DNA of 48,759 nt from positions 1-48,759 of the forward strand of contig JAFQLT010000134.1 in the NCBI GenBank assembly GCA_017396545.1. The letters run 5' to 3'. The position numbers and the translations under genes are program-made. A model generated the notes under the pieces. That model did not search any database. It was given only the letters and a program-made list of their open reading frames with translations, and was not told the origin of the DNA. The stretch is from Bacteroidaceae bacterium (GTDB lineage: Bacteria; Bacteroidota; Bacteroidia; Bacteroidales; Bacteroidaceae). Position 1 is the stretch's first letter; each line of letters starts with the position of its first letter. Shown here one piece after another: positions 1 through 9,128 of this stretch.

Positions 1-46
1 GGAGCAGGAATATGCGCCTCTGAACGACGGAGCGCAGGGGCGTTCT

Positions 47-205
47 GCTGACCGGGAAGGTGCGGTGGCAGGGTCAGCCTCGGTCAGCCGGGGTTGACCT
101 TGCTAAATGTAAGATATTCAGCTGTATATGACCGACAAGGTCAGCCGGTCAGCCTGTTTCGGCAAAGTGCTTTTATGGGCAATGGACACTTGTCTCTGAC
201 CTCGG
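47..205. repeat. Array of the word GGTCAGCC in both orientations, in the non-coding region at the window start
   Basis: Exact GGTCAGCC occurs at 72-79, 82-89, 139-146 and 147-154. The variant GGTTGACC is at 92-99, so the first three copies have a 10-nt period. Reverse-complement fragments are GCTGACC 47-53, TGACC 129-133 and CTGACC 196-201. No credible ORF covers the region. Confidence 0.6.
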
Positions 206-312
206 ATTTCGCGGATGTTTTTTTTTATCTGTGGAATTTCGGTGTGATTCGGTGTAACCGGTTGTTTTGTCAAATTTCAATTCCCTTTTTTGCGTTTTCC
301 AAAAGATATATA

Positions 313-320
313 TATCTTTG
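313..320 (+). promoter_or_regulatory. Candidate Bacteroidetes -7 promoter box (TATCTTTG, consensus TAnnTTTG)
   Basis: Exact TAnnTTTG match about 67 nt upstream of ATG 387, in an AT-rich stretch. Confidence 0.45.
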
Positions 321-386
321 CACGGATTATGGGGTCATTGCCCACCTCGAAGGAAAGTATTACCGTATAAAAAACACGTCACGACC

Positions 387-3300
387 ATGACAACGAAGAA
401 CAATACCGTACACGCTACATCGATTGCCGCAGAGGCAAAGCATAACCCGTCTTGCTGGCGACGCATCGCCACGCTGCTGACACTCGCCATGACCTTCGCC
501 TGGGCGGGGGCGCAGACACCGACGACCCTGGCCGAAGGCGTGTATACGATACGCAATGTATACAACAGCCGTGGTACCATGTGCTATGGAAAGTACAGCG
601 GTACCGAGTATTTCGGTATGGCGGATATCACGTTGAGTGGACATCAGGGCAAGAGCCTGACGGTGGAGCAGGATGCCAACAAGCACTGGTATGTGCTTGC
701 TACCGACCAGGGTACCTATATCTACAACCTCGGCAAGGAGATGTTCCTGCAGGTGGCCGCTAATGATGTAGCTGCGGTATGTGATGCCAAGTGCGGTGGA
801 AGCTTTGCGCTGGAGAGCCGCACGATAGGTGGCACAGCGTATACGTTCGTCAAGAATGCCGACAAGTATCTCTCGTTCTGCTGCTATGTGCCCACTGCCG
901 GGGCGCAGCTCCGTTGGTTGGCTTATGAAGCCGAAGCAGCGGCACTGACGTTTGAGGCGGTGGCTGATGGAACGACCACCTATGCTACCGAGATTGCTGA
1001 GGCCAAGGCGGCAATCAATGAGTACGAGGGCCTCCGGATCAGTGTAGATGGCTGGTATGTGAGCATAACAGCGGAAGATGGTGCCACGATATACTATACG
1101 ACCGATGACACGGAGCCGACCGAGGCTTCTACCCCGTATGTGGCCCCATTCTCGCACGAAGGCTGCAAGGCCATCAAGGCCATTGCGGTGAAGGACGGCG
1201 AGAAATCCGAGGTTGTGACCTTTACGGCGAAATCGTCCAGTAATGTTACTTGTGCGGCTGGACAAAACCATGCCGAGGTGACCTTCACGGCAGGGGAGAA
1301 TGTCACCTACTACTATACTACCGACGGCTCTACGCCCGGTGAGGCATCGCAGTCCATCGCGGCAGGTAGCAGCCAGACACTCAGCGTGGCCGGAACGACA
1401 GTCAAGGTGGTGGCACTCGAGCAGGGCAAGCTGGCATCGGATGTGGTGACGGTGCACCCGGCCCTGGGCGTGGCACCGCAGGTGAGCGGCGCTACGCAGA
1501 CCTATACCTACCGTATCGTCAACACCCGTCTCCGTCTGGATGTCAATAACTCTAAGGTGCGCTACCTCTACCCCTTGGCCGAACAGGGCACCTACGGCCG
1601 TTGGCTGAAGCTGGCGGCTACGGGTGACGAGTCGGCCACGAGCGAGCAGTACTGGTACTTAGTGGATGCCGGGGACGGCTATCGCTATATCGTAAGCCGC
1701 CAGACGGGCGAATACCTGTATTACAATACCACTGCTGTAAGTGGGCAACTGCGTTTCGAGATGTCGCCATCGCACCGCACGAAGTTCAAGATAGTGCCCT
1801 CGCTGTTTCCGGGTAGTGACGGTGCCAAATACTGTTCGTACAATATCGTCCCGGCCGACAACCAAGGGGTGAGCTTCAACCCTCATGGCGGAGAGACGGG
1901 CTTTATCGCCTCGTATGGCAAGGGCGACGGCGGCTCGCACTGGTACTTCACCGACGAGGTGGAGGTGACCCGCTTGGCGACTCCCGAGATTACCCTGCAG
2001 GGGCAGAACGTGGTGATGACCCAGTCTGCCGGCGCTACCATACGCTATACCACCGACAGCACACGGCCTACGGAGGAGACGGGCACGGAGTATACGGGCG
2101 AGTTCCCGCACGAGCCCTTCGCGGCCGGCGACAGGATATTGGCGGCAGCGATAGCCCCCGAAGAGGTGGTGGAGGTGCCCGAAGGAGGAGTCATCGTGGA
2201 TACCGGGAACGAGGCGGCTGCCGGCGAGTCGCTGGCCATCGGCAGACGCGGCATCGCACGGAGCGGCAGCGTCGTCTACAGCTCGGCCGTGGCCATCAAG
2301 GTGCTGGAGGCTTCTGCAGTCCCCTTCACGACCATCAATGTCAACTATACCAAGGTGATGATTGCCAATGGTGTGGACGACGCTACCATCTACTATACCT
2401 TGGATGGGAATGACCCCACCTATACATCGGCATCGGCGGTAGGGAAGGCCGACCTGAACTATAGTGACTGTGAGGGCAATACCATCAAGGCATTTGCCTT
2501 GGTGGATGGCTATCTGCGGTCGGCCATCGTGGAAACCAGCATGGCATATACGGCTATTGACAGCCAGTTTTACTTCAGTACGTTCAACCCCGCAGGCCTG
2601 TATTATCTGACCGAAGACATCACGCTGCCCGATGCTATTGCCGCTACCTTCACCGGCGTACTCGACGGATGCCACCATACCATCAGCGGGCTCACGGCAC
2701 CGCTCTTCGGCAGTGCCGACGGCGCCACCATCAAGAACGTGGTGCTCAGCGGTGTCAACATCACAGGCGGCACAGGCAATGTGGGCGCTATCGTGGGGAC
2801 GGCTACGGGTGCCACGCGCATCTATAACTGCGGTGTGCAGAGCGGCTCGGTAGGCGGAGGCGACAACGTGGGCAGCATAGCCGGAAAGCTCGAAGGCAGC
2901 GCACGCGTAGTCAACTGCTACAGCTTTGCCGACATCACGGGCGGCACCACCGTGGCGGGTATCGTGGGCTACAACGGCGTGGCCTCCACGGCCAGCAACC
3001 TGCAGACCTTAGTGGTGAACTGCATGTACTATGGCGACATCACGGGCGGCACGAACGTGTATCCCATCTATGGCGGCGAGAAAATATCGAACTCGGGCGC
3101 CAACGGCATCAACAACTACAACTACTACCGCCACGAGGCACAGATCACGCCTACGGCCTACAACTGTGCACTGGCAGCCGAGGATAAGTATTTGACCCGC
3201 TTCGAGTTTTACCGCCATGTGCTCAACTCGCAGCGCAAGCTCTCGGCTTACTACGTTACAGGGAACGTCAACGACTATGAGCGGATAGCCAAGTGGGTGC

Positions 3301-5684
3301 TCGATACCGAGGTGGCCCAATATCCCATACTGAAGCCGTGGGGAGAGTATGCATCGCCCATCAACCGCAAGCCGGTGAACGTATTGGATACGCTGACGGT
3401 GAACATCCAGGGTGTGGACGCTGAGAACGGTACGCTGGCAGGGAAGGCGCTGTCGCTGCCCATCACCGATGTGGACCCCGCTACGCACGACTACAACTAT
3501 TATAAGGTGCAGTTGCCCTACTATAACGACCACTACACCGACAACTATACCAATAATAAGGTGGTGACGGGATGGAAGATTACCGCTATCACAGGCGGCA
3601 CCCCAGGCGAGCTCACCACCACGGGTGACAACCGCTACAACTTTGCCGACCGCAAGTGCACACAGAAGGACCTGTTCGACGTGTCGGACCGTGTGCTGGC
3701 CCAGGGCGGATTCTTCAATGTTCCCGAAGGGGTGACGGGCATCACCATCGAGCCTTATTGGGGCAAGGCGGTGTACCTCTCGGACCGCTACTACGACGTA
3801 CGCTATAGTGGTGCTACGGGGCATGGCCTTACCCAGCTGGGCGAGACACCGGACACCTATAACGGGCAGACGGTGTACAAGACGTTGGATGCCGTGTGGG
3901 AACAGCTCGGTTGGGAAACGACCCCGTTTGACAACGCCATCGTGTTGGTGGGCAACTATCACTCGTATGACGAGGCGTGGCATAATGGCGGCAACAAACA
4001 GTTTACCATCATGTCGGTGGACGACAACCGCGACGATGAGCCCGACTATAGCCTCTACTTCAAGACATCGGTGCGTGTGCCGGTCAATCCCGTGCGCTTC
4101 GACTTCATCAACCACGTCAACCTGGGTATGGCAGCCAAGGAGGATGGCAGGCAGGATATGGCCGGTGTGGCTATCTTCAAACCTAAAGGATGGTTTGAGG
4201 TGACGGAGACCGCCCTGGCACTCTACACGGAGTTTGAGTACGACATCAATGACTCGCACAAGGATGAGGCTCCGCTCATCCTCAATGGCGGTATCTACGA
4301 ACAGTTCTGCTCGGCCTTCTACGGTAGCTATGCCAACAAGACCTTGTATACCATTGTGGGCGGCAACTGCTACTTCAAGGCATATACGCCGGGATGCCAG
4401 AGTGGCGCTTCCGCCAAGACAAACTTCCCGCCGGTGTCTATCCTGGGCGGTGAGTACGAGGAGTTCTACCTGTCGGGTGTGAAAGCCGATGTGACCCCAG
4501 TGGAGAACTACAATGCCCTCTGCTACGGCAATGGAGGTAAGATAGGTGTGTTTGCCGGTGCCTATCAGGAGCAGATCAATGGCGATGTCATCGTCAAGGT
4601 AGACCACCTGATGGTAGATGAGTTCTACGGCGGAGGCATCAACGACAAGAAGCCTATACTGGGCAACATCAACATCACCATCGACAACAGCCATGTGGGT
4701 GTCTACTGCGGTGGCCCCAAGTTTGGCAATATGGCCGAAGGCAAGACGGTGACCACCCAGGCTACGGGCACCACGTTCGGGCAGTTCTATGGTGCCGGGT
4801 ATGGAGGTACCAGCCTGTATCGCCATAAGCATAACGACAGCAATGGTCAGACAACCTATAATACTGCTTGGTTTGATACCTATAGCAATAACCGAGGAAA
4901 GTACTATAATACGGACGGTAGCGACCGAGGTATTATGGTAGACTACGAGATGGAGCACTTCTGCTATGCCGGTGGCGGTAGCGTGAATGCCCGCTTCTAT
5001 ACCAACTATGCCTCACTCTCGGTGGCCGAGGTGCGCAACGTCACCACGACACTTACCCGCTGCACCATCAACGGCGACCTCTATGGCGGTGGCTGTCAGG
5101 GTAAGGCAACGGGAACGCTCGTCACCACGCTCACCGACTGTACGGTCAACGGAAGCGCCTTTGCCGGCGGCTACTCGGCTGCGGTGCCCACCTGTGCGGT
5201 GATGCCTGGAACCCCGCCCATCTCCTTCTCTACCTATAATACGAATACGGGTGTGTTCACCCCGCCGGTATATCCCGACCCCGTAGCCTATACCTGGGCG
5301 AAAGCTAATGCGGAATTGGTACACGATGGCGAATATATCAGCGATGAAGAGAAGAAGGAGATATATACCGAGGTAGACCTTACCGACCTGGGTACGGTAT
5401 ATGGCGCTACCCGCATGATTGTCAATGGCACCACGCACATCGCCGGTTCGGTGTTCGGCGGCGGTAACATGTCGAAGGTAAAGAACGGCCAGACCGAAAT
5501 CATCATCGACGGTGCCGGCGTAGTCATCGACGACTCGGTATTCGGCGGCGGCAATGAGGCACAGGTAGTTGGCAACACGCATGTGCACATCAAGAACGGT
5601 ACCGTGAACGGCAACGTCTATGGAGCCGGCAACAAGGCCGAGGTGACGGGCACCACGGATGTGGTGATCGGTGGAGGAGAGTGA
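387..5684 (+). CDS. Giant secreted surface protein (1765 aa) with lectin-like modules, Fn3-like repeats, a GLUG-like block and a beta-helix-like C-terminus
   Basis: The ORF is uninterrupted (track 267..5684). I place the start at ATG 387 (MTTKNN...), which gives a charged N-region followed by the hydrophobic signal-like segment IATLLTLAMTFAWAGAQ. Four copies of the (A/V)TI(Y/R)YT(T/L)D..P motif are present (GATIYYTTDDTEP, NVTYYYTTDGSTP, GATIRYTTDSTRP, DATIYYTLDGNDP), typical of chitobiase/hexosaminidase C-terminal Fn3-like domains. There is a GLUG-like glycine-rich block (NVGAIVGTATG, NVGSIAGKLEG, TVAGIVGYNG). The C-terminus carries repeated (F/Y)GGG(N/I/C) beta-helix-like units. The protein ends ...VVIGGGE with no T9SS tail. 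Confidence 0.85.
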   Translation: MTTKNNTVHATSIAAEAKHNPSCWRRIATLLTLAMTFAWAGAQTPTTLAEGVYTIRNVYNSRGTMCYGKYSGTEYFGMADITLSGHQGKSLTVEQDANKHWYVLATDQGTYIYNLGKEMFLQVAANDVAAVCDAKCGGSFALESRTIGGTAYTFVKNADKYLSFCCYVPTAGAQLRWLAYEAEAAALTFEAVADGTTTYATEIAEAKAAINEYEGLRISVDGWYVSITAEDGATIYYTTDDTEPTEASTPYVAPFSHEGCKAIKAIAVKDGEKSEVVTFTAKSSSNVTCAAGQNHAEVTFTAGENVTYYYTTDGSTPGEASQSIAAGSSQTLSVAGTTVKVVALEQGKLASDVVTVHPALGVAPQVSGATQTYTYRIVNTRLRLDVNNSKVRYLYPLAEQGTYGRWLKLAATGDESATSEQYWYLVDAGDGYRYIVSRQTGEYLYYNTTAVSGQLRFEMSPSHRTKFKIVPSLFPGSDGAKYCSYNIVPADNQGVSFNPHGGETGFIASYGKGDGGSHWYFTDEVEVTRLATPEITLQGQNVVMTQSAGATIRYTTDSTRPTEETGTEYTGEFPHEPFAAGDRILAAAIAPEEVVEVPEGGVIVDTGNEAAAGESLAIGRRGIARSGSVVYSSAVAIKVLEASAVPFTTINVNYTKVMIANGVDDATIYYTLDGNDPTYTSASAVGKADLNYSDCEGNTIKAFALVDGYLRSAIVETSMAYTAIDSQFYFSTFNPAGLYYLTEDITLPDAIAATFTGVLDGCHHTISGLTAPLFGSADGATIKNVVLSGVNITGGTGNVGAIVGTATGATRIYNCGVQSGSVGGGDNVGSIAGKLEGSARVVNCYSFADITGGTTVAGIVGYNGVASTASNLQTLVVNCMYYGDITGGTNVYPIYGGEKISNSGANGINNYNYYRHEAQITPTAYNCALAAEDKYLTRFEFYRHVLNSQRKLSAYYVTGNVNDYERIAKWVLDTEVAQYPILKPWGEYASPINRKPVNVLDTLTVNIQGVDAENGTLAGKALSLPITDVDPATHDYNYYKVQLPYYNDHYTDNYTNNKVVTGWKITAITGGTPGELTTTGDNRYNFADRKCTQKDLFDVSDRVLAQGGFFNVPEGVTGITIEPYWGKAVYLSDRYYDVRYSGATGHGLTQLGETPDTYNGQTVYKTLDAVWEQLGWETTPFDNAIVLVGNYHSYDEAWHNGGNKQFTIMSVDDNRDDEPDYSLYFKTSVRVPVNPVRFDFINHVNLGMAAKEDGRQDMAGVAIFKPKGWFEVTETALALYTEFEYDINDSHKDEAPLILNGGIYEQFCSAFYGSYANKTLYTIVGGNCYFKAYTPGCQSGASAKTNFPPVSILGGEYEEFYLSGVKADVTPVENYNALCYGNGGKIGVFAGAYQEQINGDVIVKVDHLMVDEFYGGGINDKKPILGNINITIDNSHVGVYCGGPKFGNMAEGKTVTTQATGTTFGQFYGAGYGGTSLYRHKHNDSNGQTTYNTAWFDTYSNNRGKYYNTDGSDRGIMVDYEMEHFCYAGGGSVNARFYTNYASLSVAEVRNVTTTLTRCTINGDLYGGGCQGKATGTLVTTLTDCTVNGSAFAGGYSAAVPTCAVMPGTPPISFSTYNTNTGVFTPPVYPDPVAYTWAKANAELVHDGEYISDEEKKEIYTEVDLTDLGTVYGATRMIVNGTTHIAGSVFGGGNMSKVKNGQTEIIIDGAGVVIDDSVFGGGNEAQVVGNTHVHIKNGTVNGNVYGAGNKAEVTGTTDVVIGGGE

Positions 5685-5690
5685 TGTCAA

Positions 5691-5739
5691 TTGACAGTTG
5701 AAAGTTGACAATGGACAATTGACAGTTGACAATGGACAA
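5691..5739 (+). repeat. Seven tandem heptamers: TTGACAG TTGAAAG TTGACAA TGGACAA TTGACAG TTGACAA TGGACAA
   Basis: Read directly from the sequence. The array begins 7 nt after the TGA stop (5682-5684). TGTCAA/TTGACA forms a 12-nt perfect palindrome at 5685-5696. Confidence 0.9.
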
Positions 5740-5747
5740 TAAAAACA

Positions 5748-5777
5748 AGCCCACAAGGTAGCGCTACCTTGTGGGCT
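5748..5777. terminator. Bidirectional intrinsic terminator hairpin between convergent genes
   Basis: Perfect palindrome AGCCCACAAGGTAGC/GCTACCTTGTGGGCT. The AAAAACA run on its left becomes a U-run for the minus-strand gene. Confidence 0.7.
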
Positions 5778-5805
5778 ATATTGTTGCCTTAATTACTACG
5801 ACCCG

Positions 5806-6909
5806 TCACTCCTCTACGCGGAGCAGGGCGCCGGTGGCGGGGTCGAGCAGCACCTTGGTGTCCTTACCTTTCTTTCGGGTGAGGAGGTCGCTCGAGAGCG
5901 TCTCGGTGTTGCCGAACTGGGCCAGGGTGAGGAGCTCTTCGGCCAGGATCTGCGTGTTGGTGTAGATGTTCACCTCCGCCTTGCCGGGGATGTTGTAGAC
6001 CAGGCCGTCCTGCAGGTTCTCGTCTTTTTTCTTGAGCTTCTTTGTGGGCTTTGTCTCTTCGGCTACGGGCCCTGGGGCAGGTACTGTCTGCTTGTTCTTG
6101 ACATCGATGTAGAGGGGTGCACCGGCCAGGTCGTCGCCATGGAGCAAGCCGAGCTTGCGCGAGAAGCGACCGAAGATGACACGCTCGGCACTGCCCGTGG
6201 GAATCACCTGATAGGTCTGTGTGGAGGTCTCCGTGGTGGTGGTGCCTGTGAAGAGTTGTGTGAGGGCCTCCTCCTGTTCTTGCAGGCCGGCGAGGATGAG
6301 GCGCAGGGCCTCGGCGTCCTTGGGCATGTGCTCGTTTTGGCCACGCATGATGAGGTTCTTGCTCTCGCGTATGCTGTATATCTCCTTGGCTACCAGCTCG
6401 GCCAGCTTGGCCTTGGAGCTCGTCATGAGCATCTCTTCGGTCATGTAGGAACGGACAGCAACCCCTTTCTTGGCTGTGGGGGCTGGGGCAGGAGCTGCCT
6501 TGGGGGTGGCTGCCGGCGTGTCCGGTACGGTGGTGTTGATGCCCAGCAGTATGCCTGACTCGGTGAGGCTGACAAGCGGGGCTACGCTGCCCGGAGCGAA
6601 GAGAATGTGGTATAGCTTCGTGTCATCGGGAAGCCCCTCGGTAGAGAGGGTCGCCGACAGGATGGTGTGGTAGGTGTCTGCCTTGTCAGAGATGCCCGTG
6701 ATGCGAAGGTAGCGGTCGGCATACTGGCACAGCTCGCCGGGCGTGTAGGTGGTCTGCTCGGTGGTGATGCTGACGTTGATAGCCGTCTTGGGCAGATAGT
6801 ATGCCGCCCCTTCGGTGGACACGCCGGGCCGGTAGGTGGTGATGGTGGTCTGGGCCATGGTGGCTATGCTGCACAGGAGCATGAACGTAGCGGTGAGTCT
6901 GTTTTTCAT
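5806..6909 (-). CDS. DUF4831-like secreted protein (367 aa)
   Basis: ORF track 5806..7038. I start it at ATG 6909 (MKNRLTATFMLLCSIATMAQ), a signal peptide. The YYLPKT...YTPGELCQYADRYL region resembles the Bacteroidales DUF4831 family; this is assigned from memory, not from a search. Confidence 0.7.
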   Translation of the reverse strand: MKNRLTATFMLLCSIATMAQTTITTYRPGVSTEGAAYYLPKTAINVSITTEQTTYTPGELCQYADRYLRITGISDKADTYHTILSATLSTEGLPDDTKLYHILFAPGSVAPLVSLTESGILLGINTTVPDTPAATPKAAPAPAPTAKKGVAVRSYMTEEMLMTSSKAKLAELVAKEIYSIRESKNLIMRGQNEHMPKDAEALRLILAGLQEQEEALTQLFTGTTTTETSTQTYQVIPTGSAERVIFGRFSRKLGLLHGDDLAGAPLYIDVKNKQTVPAPGPVAEETKPTKKLKKKDENLQDGLVYNIPGKAEVNIYTNTQILAEELLTLAQFGNTETLSSDLLTRKKGKDTKVLLDPATGALLRVEE

Positions 6910-7053
6910 ATTGGTGCGATTGATGTTGCTAATGAGTTGTAAAGGTAGTGCATTTTCTTGGATGTAGCTACTGTTTGGCTGTTTTTCGTCGTTTTTTTCT
7001 TTGTCGACGTAAAAAAGAGAGACTATATTGGCTGACAATCGGCGGAAAATACG

Positions 7054-7061
7054 TATTTTTG
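7054..7061 (+). promoter_or_regulatory. Candidate -7 box TATTTTTG upstream of adk
   Basis: Exact TAnnTTTG match about 65 nt upstream of ATG 7126. Confidence 0.45.
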
Positions 7062-7125
7062 TAGGACTTTCGCATAGTATGGCGATAAAGGGACGGCATA
7101 ATACATTTATATAATATAGTAACTT

Positions 7126-7704
7126 ATGTTGAACATTGTAATTTTTGGAGCTCCTGGCTCAGGAAAAGGGACATACAGTGCCCGTCTGGTAGACACATTC
7201 AAGTTGGACCACATCTCTACGGGCGACGTGCTCCGCAACGAGATCAAAAATGGCACCGAGCTGGGCAAGGTAGCCCAGTGCTACATTGATCGCGGTAACC
7301 TCATCCCCGATGAACTGATGATTGACATCCTTGCCAGCAAGTACGACACGTTCAAGGGCAGCAAGGGTGTGATCTTCGACGGATTCCCCCGCACCATCGC
7401 CCAGGCCGAGGCCCTGAAGGTGATGCTCGAGGAGCGTGGCGAGAAGATCTCGGCCATGATCAACCTCGAGGTGGACGAGGAGATCCTGATGGCCCGCCTG
7501 CTGCGTCGCGCTACGCTCGAAGGCCGCGCCGACGACAACGAGGTGACCATCAAGAAGCGTTTCTCGATATATCACCACCAGACCGCTCCGCTCATCGAGT
7601 GGTTCAAGGCAGAGGGCGTGTTCAAGGGATTCACCTATACCGACGAGATTGGCCTTGAGGGCATGGTGAAGAACATTACGGAATACGTCAATACGATAAT
7701 TTAA
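7126..7704 (+). CDS. adk: Adenylate kinase
   Basis: P-loop GAPGSGKGT. Other typical adenylate kinase segments are present: ISTGDVLR, the lid-less short form, and FDGFPRT. Confidence 0.95.
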   Translation: MLNIVIFGAPGSGKGTYSARLVDTFKLDHISTGDVLRNEIKNGTELGKVAQCYIDRGNLIPDELMIDILASKYDTFKGSKGVIFDGFPRTIAQAEALKVMLEERGEKISAMINLEVDEEILMARLLRRATLEGRADDNEVTIKKRFSIYHHQTAPLIEWFKAEGVFKGFTYTDEIGLEGMVKNITEYVNTII

Positions 7705-7715
7705 TCTTTTTAGAC

Positions 7716-7924
7716 TATAAAGGAGATAAATGGAGTTAAAGGCCAATAGCTCTTAGGAGTCAGGAGTTAAAGGGAGTTATCGCTTCGCTCTTGGGGAGAT
7801 AAAGGCCAATAGCTCTTTCGCGCGTAATAACTATTGGCATTTAACTCCATTTAACTCCTTCTATCTCCCTTTATCTCCTAAACATTTGGCCTTTATCTCC
7901 ATTTAACTCTCTTTATCTCCTATA
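7716..7924. repeat. Imperfect palindrome of about 209 nt built from 10-nt-period words, filling the adk-obg spacer
   Basis: The words are GGAGATAAA, GGAGTTAAA and GGCCAATAG with their complements. The left half (7716-7815) carries purine-rich words and the right half (7826-7924) their complements (TTTAACTCC, TTTATCTCC, CTATTGGC). Terminal pairing was checked by hand: 7722-7730 with 7912-7920, 7733-7740 with 7902-7909, and 7741-7746 with 7886-7891 after a 10-nt word-sized bulge. Confidence 0.8.
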
Positions 7925-7937
7925 AACAAGAAGAATT

Positions 7938-9119
7938 GTGGCAGAAACAAACTTCGTTGATTACGTAAAGATCTATTGTCGATCGGGCAAGGGGGGGCGT
8001 GGCAGCACGCACATGCGCCGTGTGAAGTATAATCCCAACGGTGGCCCTGACGGTGGTAACGGTGGACGTGGAGGGCACATCATCCTGCGCGGCAACCGCA
8101 ACTACTGGACCCTGCTGCACCTGCGCTACGACCGGCATGCCTTTGCCGGGCATGGCGGCAACGGCTCGAAGAACAAGAGCAGCGGCAAGGATGGCGAGGA
8201 CAAAATCATAGAGGTGCCCTGCGGAACGGTAGTGTACAATGCCGAGACGGGGGCTTACCTGTGCGACATCACCGAGCATGGGCAGGAGGTGATCCTGCTG
8301 CGGGGCGGACGTGGCGGTTTGGGTAACTTCAACTTCGCTACACCGACTCGCCAGGCACCGCGCTTTGCCCAACCGGGCGAACCCATGCAGGAACTCACCG
8401 TCATCATGGAGCTGAAGCTGCTGGCCGATGTGGGTCTGGTGGGCTTCCCCAATGCCGGCAAGTCGACGCTGCTCGCTGCCGTGTCGGCAGCCAAGCCCAA
8501 GATAGCCAACTACCCCTTCACCACGTTGGAGCCTAACCTCGGTATCGTGTCGTACCGCGACAGCAAGTCGTTCGTGATGGCCGATATCCCCGGTATCATT
8601 GAGGGTGCCAGTGCCGGAAAGGGACTCGGCCTACGCTTCCTGCGCCACATCGAGCGCAACTCACTGCTCCTCTTCATGGTACCCGGCGATGCCGAGGACA
8701 TACGCAAGGAGTACGACATCCTGCTCAACGAGTTGGCGACGTTCAACCCCGACATGCTCGACAAACAACGCGTGCTGGCCATCACCAAGTGTGACCTGCT
8801 CGATGAAGAACTCATCGAAATGCTGGAGGAAACATTGCCCGAGGGTATACCCCACGTGTTCATCTCCTCAGTGACAGGATTAGGCGTGTCGGTGCTGAAG
8901 GATATCCTGTGGAACGAACTGAACAAGGAGAGCATACATGCTGAACTCAGCAAGGATAGCCTCGTACACCGTGCCAAGGACATGACCAAGCTACAGGACG
9001 AGCTGCGTGCCATGGGGCAGGATGATGACATCACCGTAGAGTATGATGACATCGAGGAGATGGAGGACTTCGAGTATGAGTTTGACGATGGCTTTGAACT
9101 TGACGAAGGGGACGAATGA
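7938..9119 (+). CDS. obg: GTPase Obg/CgtA
   Basis: GTG start giving [23 protein letters not shown] (Obg fold). G-domain motifs [15 protein letters not shown] and TKCD are present, followed by an acidic C-terminal tail. Confidence 0.95.
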   Translation: MAETNFVDYVKIYCRSGKGGRGSTHMRRVKYNPNGGPDGGNGGRGGHIILRGNRNYWTLLHLRYDRHAFAGHGGNGSKNKSSGKDGEDKIIEVPCGTVVYNAETGAYLCDITEHGQEVILLRGGRGGLGNFNFATPTRQAPRFAQPGEPMQELTVIMELKLLADVGLVGFPNAGKSTLLAAVSAAKPKIANYPFTTLEPNLGIVSYRDSKSFVMADIPGIIEGASAGKGLGLRFLRHIERNSLLLFMVPGDAEDIRKEYDILLNELATFNPDMLDKQRVLAITKCDLLDEELIEMLEETLPEGIPHVFISSVTGLGVSVLKDILWNELNKESIHAELSKDSLVHRAKDMTKLQDELRAMGQDDDITVEYDDIEEMEDFEYEFDDGFELDEGDE

Positions 9120-9128
9120 GGCTGTAGT

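Noticed and set aside
94-390. 98-aa plus-strand ORF, and the 267..386 N-terminal extension of the giant ORF.
   Set aside because: They span the AT-rich promoter region, including the TATCTTTG box at 313-320. The translated sequence is low-complexity and not protein-like. ATG 387 gives a sensible signal-bearing N-terminus.
3009-4958. 649-aa ORF on the minus strand. Similar long antisense ORFs lie at 360..1457, 1659..2678 and 5013..5756.
   Set aside because: All are fully nested antisense to the strongly supported giant CDS. Their composition is extremely rich in Arg, His, Val and Gly with no motifs. These are typical shadow ORFs of GC-rich coding DNA.
5691-5739. Heptamer array acting as a slipped-strand phase-variation switch that fuses the giant ORF to a downstream reading frame. 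Also TTGACA acting as sigma-70 -35 boxes.
   Set aside because: All three frames hit stops within or just after the array, and the terminator plus the convergent gene follow immediately, so there is nothing to fuse to. Bacteroidetes housekeeping promoters use TTTG / TAnnTTTG rather than TTGACA, and no gene lies downstream.
7716-7924. Possibility that the short-word arrays (also 5691-5739, 36152-36292, 37178-37263) are CRISPR arrays.
   Set aside because: The repeat units are only 7-10 nt with no unique spacers. The arrays are palindromic rather than direct repeat-spacer structures. No cas genes occur in the window.
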